DNA of 62,926 nucleotides, the filler included, from Octopus bimaculoides (taxonomy: Eukaryota): the NCBI RefSeq assembly GCF_001194135.2. It is 7 parts of 6 records of this genome, joined end to end, with 100 filler letters (N's around TTAATTAATTAA, not from the genome) between each part and the next. Parts side by side here need not be neighbours in the genome. Positions count along the whole stretch, not along the records: positions 11,161 to 22,582 come from NC_069010.1; positions 22,683 to 29,339 come from NC_068996.1; 5 more parts are not named here. One strand, written 5' to 3'. The position numbers and the translations under genes were made by a program. The notes under the pieces are model-generated. The model was not told the origin of the DNA and searched no databases. It saw only the letters and a list, made by a program, of their open reading frames with translations. Shown here in pieces: positions 12,065-22,743 of this stretch; within the stretch, counting starts at the first letter, position 1, and each line of letters opens with the position of its first letter.

Positions 12065-12570
12065 TCTACATTATACTAAAACTCAAAGTCTGTCTGTCTG
12101 TTTTCCTGCCATTTGATAAAGATGATAAAGATTACATATTAAATAATCAGTTCCCCTTTAAGAAAAAAATCAAGTTAAAAATATCGACACTTCAAAGAGT
12201 CGTCGTCCGTTCATCCTTTTTTCTTCTCTTAATCATTCATACTACTTTCAGAGTGCCGTGGACATGAAAGATGAAAATTCTCCCTATATTTTTGCGAGAT
12301 ATTTGTGAATCACAGACGCTTGATTTTTTTTTTTTTTTTTCTTAAAGGAGAAAATTACTATTTTATTTGAAATAAAATATTAATCCTTATCATCTTAATC
12401 AAAAGGCAGAAAAACAGACAGAGAGATTATCTCTTTATAGACAAAGATCAGTTGCAATGGGAAGAGTTGAATCTCATAAGAATGGAAAAATAAACAACAA
12501 CAAATGGGTTGTACCTTATAATGAAACACTTTTAAGAGCATTCAAATGCCACTGCAACGTTGACATGTGA
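12065..12570 (+). mobile_element. Non-autonomous Helitron derivative with Rep fragment
   Basis: A|TC 5' start followed by TACATTATACTAAAA..GTCTGTCTGTCTG; 12457-12570 translates GRVESHKNGKINNNKWVVPYNETLLRAFKCHCNVDM*, matching the Helitron Rep motif DNRWVVPYNP.L...F.CHINVE. Confidence 0.8.
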
Positions 12571-13055
12571 CTGTGATGTTCCCCCACTACTTCTGCTCAT
12601 GATCAGAGATGCACCTATTGTCAGCCACTACAGGACATGCTCAACTGTTTATGGTCAAACAACTGACAAGCAAATCTGCGGTATTGAGCAGAGTATTTAC
12701 TGTGGCCCATCCTTTATACTAAGACAAGACAAAACATGTACATGATAACACTTCCAATCAGCTAAGTTCAGAAGCCATGAAAGCCACTGTACGCTACTGC
12801 ATCATTATTATTAATGTTGTGAGCTGGCAGAATCATTAGCATGCCGGATGAAATGCTTAGTGGGTTTTTCGTCTATCTTTACGTTCTGCATTCAAATTCC
12901 AAGGTTGACTTTGCCTTTCATCCTTCCACGGTTGATAAAATAAGTACGGGTTGAGTACTAGGGTTGATGTCATTGATTTACCCCGCTCCCTGAACTTGCT
13001 GGCCTTGTGCCGAAATTTGAAATCATAATTTTTATCGTTATTATTTGTTTTGCAG

Positions 13056-13179
13056 AAAGCTTTCAATGCATTGTGTCACAGCACACATTTGTACGGTCGA
13101 CGTCTGGTCTTGGAGTGGGCAGACACAGAGGAAACTATTGAAGATCTTCGCAGAAAAACAGCTGAGCACTTTCACGATG
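13056..13179 (+). CDS. RBM19: RBM19 penultimate coding exon
   Basis: tttgcag acceptor, gtaatg donor, phase 0 to 1, in frame with 11302-11407; KAFNALCHSTHLYGRRLVLEWADTEETIEDLRRKTAEHFHD matches recalled RBM19 AFNALCHSTHLYGRRLVLEWA...LRRKTA.HF. Confidence 0.95.
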
Positions 13180-13331
13180 GTAATGTCTCTTTTTTCACCT
13201 CCATACATGCTTCTATCTTTACAGCCTTCCAAACATGCTTTACAACACAGAGCAACACATCAATTTCTATTTGGTCACTTCATCTTTCTAATAACACGAA
13301 AGTGAGACTTCTGTCAATTAACTCCTCTGTG

Positions 13332-13645
13332 CAGGGGTTGGGAACTTTTTAAACCAATTACCCCAAATGTATTTATTTATCTATGCTGACGTTACCCCCT
13401 TGATTTGAAAAGAAAATCATAGATTCTTTGAATTGAAAAGGTTTAATGAATCTATTTTTATGAATCTATTTAGACATCCATTACATTGGACAGATGCAGT
13501 GTTGCCAGGAGAAAATTTTCTGTCGTAACAAGGAACACGTTTTTTATGTAATTCTACTTATGTCTAATGAGTCCTCATTGCCCCCCCCCCCAAATTTCAT
13601 TTTTGCCCCACTTGGGGTTAGTTACTCCCAGTTTGCCGACCCCTG
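13332..13645. mobile_element. hAT/Charlie-like MITE in RBM19 intron
   Basis: Termini CAGGGGTTGGGAAC and GTTTGCCGACCCCTG (rc CAGGGGTCGGCAAAC) form imperfect TIRs of the Charlie type; no clean 8-bp TSD. Confidence 0.6.
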
Positions 13646-13724
13646 GCACAGCATCTTTAAAATAGAGACCATGTGAACCAGTGAGGGAGCTTCATTGTTG
13701 TCACATGATCTTACTCAATCATCA

Positions 13725-13995
13725 TCATCATCGTCGTCGTTTAACGTCCGCTTTCCATGCTAACATGGGTTGGACGATTTGACTGAAGACTGGAAAGCCA
13801 GAAGGCTGCACCAGGCTCCAATCTGATCTGGCAGAGTTTCTACAGCTGGATGCCTTTCCTAAACGCCAAACACTCCGAGAGTGTAGTGGGTGCTTTTACG
13901 TGCCACCGGCATGAGGGCCAGTCATACGGTACTGGAAACTGCCATGCTCAAAAAGGGTGTTTTTTATGTGCCTCCTACACGGGAGCCAGTCCATG
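13725..13995 (-). mobile_element. Family E retroposon copy
   Basis: (ATC)n then GTTTAACGTCCGCTTTCCATGC...GGATGCCTTTCCTAAACGCC; reverse complement of 11161-11277 and its upstream body. Confidence 0.8.
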
Positions 13996-14133
13996 TAAGC
14001 ATCAAATCTTTCCTCAATAAACTCCTTACTATCTTTAAAATATGAACCAGTGAGGGAAATGACTTTACTCGGTGTAACAGCCAAATTTCCCCTTAAATTT
14101 CTATTTCATTCTTTTTTTTTTTTCACTTTTCAG

Positions 14134-14195
14134 ATATTCCAAAGAAAATCAGGAAGACAGATATCGTAACATCTCTCACTGAGGAGACAATGTGA
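14134..14195 (+). CDS. RBM19: RBM19 last coding exon
   Basis: Long poly-T tract plus cag acceptor; phase 1 completes the Asp codon from 13179; (D)IPKKIRKTDIVTSLTEETM*; the PKK motif matches the position in recalled RBM19. Confidence 0.8.
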
Positions 14196-14742
14196 TAGAG
14201 AGTGATGGTGAAACATTATGATGGAGGGGTTGGATGGAATGAATATTATGATGGAAGGATGGGGGAATGAACATTGTCATGGAGGGGTGGAGGGAAATTG
14301 AACATTAGAATTTTTTTTGGGTTGCTGTCATAGATTTGGAAGTTTAGAATTAAGTGAAAATTTTCAAATTTGATATATCGATTTAGTTTTTCATGGTGAA
14401 TCCAAATTTGGGATTCAATGGCTGTGTGGTAAGTAGCTTGCTTACCAACCACATGGTTCCAGGTTCAGTCCCACTGTGTGGCACCTTGGGCAAGTGTCTT
14501 CTACTATAGCCTCGGGCCGACCAAAGCCTTGTGAGTGGATTTGGTAGTTGGAAACTGAAAGAAGCCCGTTGTATATATGTATATATATATATATCTATAT
14601 ATATGTGTGCGTATGTTTGTGTGTTTGTGTTTGTCCCCCCAACATCGCTTGACAACCGATGGTGGTGTGTTTACGTTCCCGTAACTTAGCGGTTCGGCAA
14701 AAGAGACCNNNNNNNNNNGGTGAATCCAAATTTGGGATTCAA

Positions 14743-15140
14743 TGGCTGTGTGGTAAGTAGCTTGCTTACCAACCACATGGTTCCAGGTTCAGTCCCACTG
14801 TGTGGCACCTTGGGCAAGTGTCTTCTACTATAGCCTCGGGCCGACCAAAGCCTTGTGAGTGGATTTGGTAGTTGGAAACTGAAAGAAGCCCGTTGTATAT
14901 ATGTATATATATATATATCTATATATATGTGTGCGTATGTTTGTGTGTTTGTGTTTGTCCCCCCAACATCGCTTGACAACCGATGGTGGTGTGTTTACGT
15001 TCCCGTAACTTAGCGGTTCGGCAAAAGAGACCGATAGAATAAGTACTAGGCATCCAAAGAATAAGTCCTGGGGTCGATTTGATTTGACTAAAGGCGGTGC
15101 TCCAGCGTGGCCACAGTCAAATGATTGAAACAAGTAAAGA
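14743..15140 (+). mobile_element. Family A CORE-like SINE, near full length
   Basis: tRNA-like head, CCTTGGGCAAGTGTCTTCTACTATAGCCTCGG, internal (TA/TG)n and 3' GGCGGTGCTCCAGC..GACTGAAACAAGTAAAGAG tail; the copy at 14419-14708 is probably an assembly duplicate. Confidence 0.9.
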
Positions 15141-16113
15141 GTGAAAGAGAGAGAGAGAGAGTACAGAGGTTTGAAAATTTGATCATTGTTAGCCAACACG
15201 AAAACAAGAAATCAAAAGCTGCACATTTTCTGCATGATAACTGTCACAAAATAACAGAAAGAAATACAATTGGCACTCCGTCGCTTACGATGTTGAGGGT
15301 TCCAGTTGATCCGATCAACGGAACAGCTTCCTTGTGAAGTTTTCATGCAAGTGGTTGAGCACTCTACTGACACGTGTACCCTTAATGTAATTCTCAAGGA
15401 GCTTCAGTGTGACACAGTATGTGACGAAGCTGGCCCTTTGAATTACAGGTGCAACAATGTATAATTATATACACACTTCACTTACAAATTACATATATAT
15501 ATACTAGCTGGCCCTGTGCCGTCAAAAATGATGGCTAATTGTAGTATTTTATATATAAATAAGGACAAAAGATAGAATATGGATGGTGAATTAAATTAAT
15601 ACACTTGTCAATGTTATCTAGTGGTTGTCTTTGGAGATGTGACATCGATCATCGTTTGTTACTGGAAGAATGCTAGCTCACACATACAGACATTCACATA
15701 CTTCCCTTGTACATGCGTACACATACACACTTATACTCACACGGAGTTGAAACGCTGTTTGATTTTTCTTTTCAGCATTGAATGTTCACCATCTCTCTTC
15801 CATTGTGCACACACACACACACACATACCTCCCTTTTACATACACATACATGTACACATACACATANNNNNNNNNNNNNNNNNNNNNNNNNNNNNNNNNN
15901 NNNNNNNNNNNNNNNNNNNNNNNNNNNNNNNNNNNNNNNNNNNNNNNNNNNNNNNNNNNNNNNNNTTATACTCACACGGAGTTGAAACGCTGTTTGATTT
16001 TTCTTTTCAGCATTGAATGTTCACCATCTCTCTTCCATTGTGCACACACACACACACACATACCTCCCTTTTACATACACATACATGTACACATACACAT
16101 ACATGCACTTATA

Positions 16114-16345
16114 AGGCGGCGAGCTGGCAGAAACGTTAGCATGCCGGGCGGAAATGCTTAGCGGTATTTCGTCTGCCGCTACGTTCTGAGTTCAAATTCC
16201 ACCGAGGTCGACTTAGCCTTTCATCCTTTCGGGGTTGATTAAATAAGTCCCAGTTACGCACTGGAGTCGGTATAATCGACTTAATCCGTTTGTCTGTCCT
16301 TGTTTGCCCCCTCTGTGTATAGCCCCTTGTGGGTAGTAAACAAAT
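16114..16345 (+). mobile_element. SINE family B copy, near full length
   Basis: GGCGGCGAGCTGGCAGAAACGTTAGC...GAGTTCAAATTCC (A/B-box-like head) to GCCCCTTGTGGGTAGTAAA. Confidence 0.9.
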
Positions 16346-16988
16346 AATACACATACATGTACTCACACACAGTTGAAACTCTTCCACTACCAGTTTGCCA
16401 TCACTCCTTCCTTTATCTTTCAAATGTGATGGAGAAATATACAAGAGTGTTATAGTTGATTTATATATACACTTCTTCATATTTGAATATTATACTGCCA
16501 CTTCTACTTACTCTCATTCCGTTGTGATGACGAGTGTTGTTGTACAAATTTAATTATTACATTTATTATTCAATTACATACAAAGAACGCACTCACCCAA
16601 TGTTCGTTATGAATAAACAAAAGTCGTGTCCGCCATATATATCTCAATGACATTTTACTACGACAGTCCCACAAGACAACAACAATGAAACAATGAACTC
16701 AGACGAACCACAGTGACACACGGAACGTCAGACGAATTACATATCTAACAGTCCATATAACAAGCGTTCCAGTTGATCCAATCAACAGAACAACCTGCTC
16801 GTGAAATTAATGTGCAAGTGGCTGAGCACTCCACAGACATACATAATAACCGTAACATAGTCCTCAAGGAGATTCAGCATGACTCAGAATGTGGCAAAGC
16901 TGGCTCTTTTGAATTACAGGTACAACTCATTTTTGCCGATTGAGTGGACAGAGCAACATGTAACGAACTATTTTATTGGATGTTAAAC

Positions 16989-17035
<47 letters not shown>

Positions 17036-17496
17036 CGACAACATGCCACCTGGAATTGAACTCATGATCTTATGATCGGTAGCCGAATGCTCTAATCACT
17101 AGGCCATGTGCCTTTGCTGGGAAGAAATAACACTGGCTCAAAATGATATTGGCTTGTCAAAACCTGTGGTGGTGGTCATGGTGGTAACAGTGTCACAGTT
17201 GTGCAAATATGCAAGTACTGTGTCCTTGTTATGGTGAAAACGGCAGACTACAGCTTTGCTTGTTGTGATGGAAACAGACACCAACGTAAATGGTGGCTTT
17301 TGATTGGCTGAAAATGACACCAACATTTACAAACTTTAAAAGCTATTAAAACTTTTATTCATTAATTTTGGGGGAAAATGAATTAAATTTCCATAATTAG
17401 CACATAAAGCTTAATCAGTATAACCAAATTTGAACAGAAAGAACTTGAGCAAAATTTTTAAAAATATGAAATTTGTGACAGCAACCAAAGAAATGT

Positions 17497-17585
17497 GAAC
17501 ATTATGGTGGAGGAGTTGGTGGGGTGGAATTGAACATTATGGTGGAGGAGTTGGTGGGGTGGAATTGAACATTATGATGAGTTGT
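17497..17585. repeat. G-rich ~35-bp minisatellite
   Basis: GAACATTATGGTGGAGGAGTTGGTGGGGTGGAATT repeated in tandem; related units at about 14210-14310. Confidence 0.75.
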
Positions 17586-18549
17586 GGTGGTGGTGGAGAT
17601 AGGAGTTAGAATTAACATTATGCCAAGAAAAAAATGGGGTCATATTGACATCCCCTGCCCTCCACCCCACACGTCCTTCATATTTGCATTATTTTGTTCT
17701 CCAAGATAAATTTGTAAATTAATTTTAATAAATATTTTTGCTGAATTTCAAAGTTAATCTTTGTTTTTGTTTTAATATGTACATCATTGTTGTTTTTTGT
17801 TGTTGTTTAGCCCCAGGTCAATCCTGATCCAGGAGAACAATGATCAAAGATGTTCCCTTGTCTGACCATCCTGTCTTACAAGTTACATGGTGACCCTGTT
17901 GGTGTCATATAAATAACACTGGTAGTGGTGTCACATAAAGAGCAATGGTGCTGCTCCCATGTAAAAAGCACTTGTAGTGGATATGCACCATACCCGCGCG
18001 AAGCAAGGAGTTAATTGAAAGAGGGAGGAGAAGAGAGATGGAGAGATAGACAGCTAGGGAACTAGGGAGTGGGGTCGAGAGGGACATAGTAAAACAGATA
18101 TCGAAAGAGACAGAGTAAAGCAGAGAGGGTTATGCCAAAGCACGAGGTATTATAGAGATATTTTGGGGATTTCTATCGCCTAGACACAGTAAATATTGAA
18201 GGGTAGAAATATAGGATAGAGAGACAAGGGTTTGCGGCCAGCTAACTCTAAGACAGAGTTATAGGGTTAAGTGACTATGTGAGAAAATACAACTGAAAAC
18301 ATGACACTTGAATAAATGAGTGAATTTGGCGACATCGTTTTGGACAATAGAAATAAGCAATGTGTAAGGTATTTACAGATCAGGGCATAAATAAATAGAA
18401 AGTAAATCGTTTTAATCCCAGTGTGTTGAACACAAATTCGCAAAAATTTTCTGAAAATTCCAAAATATAAAAATGTTATGAGAGGTTATAGGGGTTGGGG
18501 CTTAAACCAGAATTCTGATGTATTTCAATCAAAAAGTTTATCATTTATA

Positions 18550-18723
18550 GGCGCAGGAGTGGCTATGTGGTAAGTAGCTTGCTTACCAACCACATGGCTC
18601 CGAGGTCAGTCCCACTGCGTGGTACCTTGGGCAAGTGTCTTCTACTATAGCCTCGGGCCGACCAAAGCCTTGTGAGTGGATTTGGTAGACGGAAACTGAA
18701 AGAAGCCCGTCGTATATATGTAC

Positions 18724-18759
<36 letters not shown>

Positions 18760-18870
18760 ATGTTTTGTATCTGTGTTTGTCCCCCAACATCACTTGACAA
18801 CCGATGCCGGTGTATTTAGGTCCCCGTAAGTTAGCGGTTCGGCAAAAAGAGACCGATAGAATAAGTACTA
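18550..18870 (+). mobile_element. Family A CORE-like SINE running into gap
   Basis: GGCGCAGGAGTGGCTATGTGGTAAG head; body as in the other family A copies. Confidence 0.9.
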
Positions 18871-20020
18871 NNNNNNNNNNNNNNNNNNNNNNNNNNNNNN
18901 NNNNNNNNNNNNNNNNNNNNNNNNNNNNNNNNNNNNNNNNNNNNNNNNNNNNNNNNNNNNNNNNNNNNNNNNNNNNNNNNNNNNNNNNNNNNNNNNNNNN
19001 NNNNNNNNNNNNNNNNNNNNNNNNNNNNNNNNNNNNNNNNNNNNNNNNNNNNNNNNNNNNNNNNNNNNNNNNNNNNNNNNNNNNNNNNNNNNNNNNNNNN
19101 NNNNNNNNNNNNNNNNNNNNNNNNNNNNNNNNNNNNNNNNNNNNNNNNNNNNNNNNNNNNNNNNNNNNNNNNNNNNNNNNNNNNNNNNNNNNNNNNNNNN
19201 NNNNNNNNNNNNNNNNNNNNNNNNNNNNNNNNNNNNNNNNNNNNNNNNNNNNNNNNNNNNNNNNNNNNNNNNNNNNNNNNNNNNNNNNNNNNNNNNNNNN
19301 NNNNNNNNNNNNNNNNNNNNNNNNNNNNNNNNNNNNNNNNNNNNNNNNNNNNNNNNNNNNNNNNNNNNNNNNNNNNNNNNNNNNNNNNNNNNNNNNNNNN
19401 NNNNNNNNNNNNNNNNNNNNNNNNNNNNNNNNNNNNNNNNNNNNNNNNNNNNNNNNNNNNNNNNNNNNNNNNNNNNNNNNNNNNNNNNNNNNNNNNNNNN
19501 NNNNNNNNNNNNNNNNNNNNNNNNNNNNNNNNNNNNNNNNNNNNNNNNNNNNNNNNNNNNNNNNNNNNNNNNNNNNNNNNNNNNNNNNNNNNNNNACAAG
19601 GTATCATATCTTTTACCCGTTCCAGGAATTGGGCTGCGGTCATGCTGGGGCCACCGCCTTGAAAGTTTTCTCTTTTTTTTTTTTTTTTAGTCGAACGAAT
19701 TGACCGCAGGATTGTCATTGTACGCCTTCAATAAACCCTGAAGTTTCCACAGTGGCAGCCAAGCAGGAAAGATACGGAATTCACAACAAAACGAAGATAG
19801 CAGGGCGTCCACGAGAAATGGTAATCGAATTCGATTTTACGAGCGTCAAATAGGAAATTATCTTCTTTTAAAGTCTTGTACTTATTTCTACCGGTTTCTT
19901 ATGCCGAATCGCTAAACAAACCAACACCGGTTGTCAAGCGTTGGAGAGGAACATTCCCCGTACATACATAAGGTAATCTTCAAGTTTAGGGGGATAAAAA
20001 AAATAAATAAAAATATTCAA

Positions 20021-20182
20021 GGTAAGTAACTGAACGTCTTACCAGTATTCTCCGTACATCTCTGTTTATAAATAAATCACACACGTGATTTGATTGACGT
20101 TAGGGTTAGGATTAGGGTTAAATTTATTTATAAACAGCTAGAAGAAAACGGATAATACTGGTAAGTCGTTCAGTTATTTCCC
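20021..20182. mobile_element. Foldback MITE with TTAGGG-containing loop
   Basis: TAACTGAACGTCTTACCAGTATTCTCCGT (from 20027) pairs with ACGGATAATACTGGTAAGTCGTTCAGTTA (to 20176) with 2 mismatches; inner arms CTGTTTATAAATAAAT/ATTTATTTATAAACAG. Confidence 0.75.
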
Positions 20183-20532
20183 TTGAATATTTTTATTTAT
20201 TTATTTTATCCCCCTAAACTTGAAGATTACCCATACATAATGTACGACAGGCTTCTACACTGTTTCCATCTATTAAATTCACTCATAAGGCTTCGGTTTG
20301 GCTGTGGCTATAATAGAAAACACTTGCCCGAGGTGCCATGCAGTGGGACTGACTTCGAAATCTTTTGGACGAGAAGTAAACTTCTTAAATGGCCACAACT
20401 AGATGAAATAAAAGACGTAAAGATAAAGGCTGGAACATATTTAATCATAAGTCTGCGACGTATTAATTAGGACGAAGTAAAAATCAAAAATATAATTTAC
20501 CAAATGATTTGAAAAAAAAAGATAAAAGTAAT

Positions 20533-20614
20533 CGCTGCGGGCAGGATTCGAACCTGCGCGGGTATAACCCATTGGATTTCAAGTCCAACGCCTTAACCAC
20601 TCGGCCACCACAGC
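20533..20614 (-). tRNA. tRNA-Ser (anticodon TGA)
   Basis: rc GCTGTGGTGGCCGAGTGGTTAAGGCGTTGGACTTGAAATCCAATGGGTTATACCCGCGCAGGTTCGAATCCTGCCCGCAGCG: 82 nt, paired acceptor stem, long variable arm, GGTTCGAATCC B box, G discriminator, downstream T-runs. Confidence 0.95.
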
Positions 20615-21173
20615 CAGTACATGTGTAGTTTACAAAATATATTTATAAATCAAATATGACATATTGATTCACTGTCAACAATACTGACTTTGAAATGTTT
20701 CTATAACTTTAGTTAATATATTTATCGACTCATTTTTTAAAGGTTACGATGAACAAGAGATATTTCACTTAGGATGGAAATAGTATTTCGATACTGGGTG
20801 GTTATTTTATTTTTACTTTAGATGCGTCAATTAATAACATAATAGCAGAAAAAAATGTATTTATGTTTTAATGAAAAAAATTAAGATAAATCTAGTTGGC
20901 AATATATTGGTTTTATTCCAAGTATTTTAGAAGATGTACCAGGCGTTGTTTCTACGTCCATTTCTGTTCTTCGTTATATAACACGCTTACACTATCATAT
21001 AGGGAAAAATCGGCTGAAATAGCAAACGGTTTTGTACAAAGGTGACAAAGAAATATTTATAGATGTCACATATGACACGTCTTAGAAATTAAGTTGAACA
21101 GAAAATTTATAAAGATACGAATATTCGGTGACACATTCTACATAGCTGCGTATGGATATAAGACGAAACCTGA

Positions 21174-21185
21174 CCGGAAATGGCG
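21174..21185 (+). promoter_or_regulatory. Candidate ETS/YY1 composite promoter motif upstream of UBE2T
   Basis: CCGGAAATGGCG overlaps ETS-like CCGGAA and YY1-like AAATGGCG, about 510 bp upstream of the ATG; motif match only. Confidence 0.35.
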
Positions 21186-21692
21186 TCTCTCATACTCTCG
21201 CTCTCTCTTTCCCCCGGTCTCGTGATTTAGGCTCAGAGCGTCTCTGTTTGTTTTTCTCATTCTCTGTTCCTCTCTTTCTTTTTCTTTCTTCCTGTTTTAT
21301 CTCTTCTCTCTGCTTGTCTTTCACGCTCTGTTCCCGTCTCTCACTCCTACTCCCCCTTCTTTCTGCCTTCCTTTTTCTCTCTTGTCTTTCACTCTCTCCG
21401 TCTTCTCTGTATCTTCTTCTGTGCGGGCTTCGTGCGTCTCCGTTTGTTTTCCTTTCTTCATCCTTGTGTTTCGGGAGACTTCCAGTGTCTCCGTTTGTTT
21501 CTTTCCAGAATTAGAATGCTAAATTCGAATTTGGAAGACGTCTTAAATGAGGGAAGAACGAATATTATGTTTGTGTGTGTAAGATAGTTGTGCTTCGGGT
21601 TTGTCCGTCAGTTTCCGGAATTTAAACACGAAAATAATTGGAGGCGGGTAAGTGTTGAGTCTAAGTTGTGGTGTTTGGAAGAAGTGGCTACC

Positions 21693-21801
21693 ATGCATCG
21701 TCACACGCGGATGAAGAAGGAACTTCAGATGCTGAAAGATTCACCACCACCCGGCATTGCCTGTTGGCCGAAAGGAGACAGCATTGAGAGCTTAGAAGCT
21801 C
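21693..21801 (+). CDS. UBE2T: Ubiquitin-conjugating enzyme E2 T, first coding exon
   Basis: Kozak GCTACCATG; MHRHTRMKKELQMLKDSPPPGIACWPKGDSIESLEA matches the recalled UBE2T N-terminus (MQRASRLKRELHML..EPPPGITCW); 109-nt exon ends in phase 1 at gtatgt. Later exons were not found. Confidence 0.85.
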
Positions 21802-21844
21802 GTATGTAACTATTTCTTAGTCTTTACCATTGTGTGTGTGTATG

Positions 21845-22211
21845 TGGTCAGTACCTTCCGTTACTTTGTGACCACGCTTTCTGTATTTATGTACGCTTAA
21901 CTACAGTTTGGGGCCCCACCAACTTCGTCTTCTCGTAACTTTTTGGAGAGTACATGTTTGTAAATGAAATTTTATAGAGATATGTTTTCGAAGGTGAAGA
22001 TTACACAGTTTGTGTGTGTATATATAATATATATATGTATGTATTGGTGCTGGTCAGTACCCTCCGTTACTTTGTGACCGCGCTCTCTATGTTTATGTAC
22101 GCTTATCTACAGTTTGGGGCCCCACCAACTTCGTCTTCTCGTAACTTTTTGGAGAATACATATTTATAAATGAAATTTTATAGAGGTACGTTTTCGAAGG
22201 TGTAGATTACA
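21845..22211 (+). repeat. ~160-bp direct duplication in UBE2T intron 1
   Basis: 21845-22005 and 22051-22211 are near-identical (TGGTCAGTACC...GATTACA), separated by TA/TG repeat. Confidence 0.85.
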
Positions 22212-22682
22212 ACTGTAATTATGAAAAAGAAAATGCTGACGTTATAGATATTGGTAGTAACAAAATCTACACACGCGTGCCCCCCCACCGACTTTATTGC
22301 CTCATCACTTCCAGAAAAATGGTTATTTTTAAATGAAATTTTCTACAAATATGCTTCAGATGGTGTACATTCTGGTTATATCGGAATATGTGGTGGTAAA
22401 CTTTTTCGGAGGGTGGGATGATGAGTTTCGGAAAATTCACAGGAGTCATGCTATTAGCTGTCAGAAGTGAAAGTGCTCACTGCTAGTGAAGTATCTGTCT
22501 GTCTGCCTGCATGCCTGTTGCTGGCCTGTCGATTCTTTGGCTACTGACAGCTAATACCATGACTGGCCGGTGCGAGCTATATNNNNNNNNNNNNNNNNNN
22601 NNNNNNNNNNNNNNNNNNNNNNNNNNTTAATTAATTAANNNNNNNNNNNNNNNNNNNNNNNNNNNNNNNNNNNNNNNNNNNN

Positions 22683-22743
<61 letters not shown>

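Noticed and set aside
14395-15031. Apparent tandem SINE duplication
   Set aside because: The two copies including unique flank look identical and straddle a 10-N gap: an unmerged contig overlap.
15731-16101. Apparent 135-bp direct repeat
   Set aside because: Identical sequence on both sides of an N gap: assembly overlap. The same applies at about 26770-26815.
21152-21514. 120-aa Leu/Ser/Phe-rich ORF as a membrane protein
   Set aside because: The composition follows from the polypyrimidine tract; no splice or family support.
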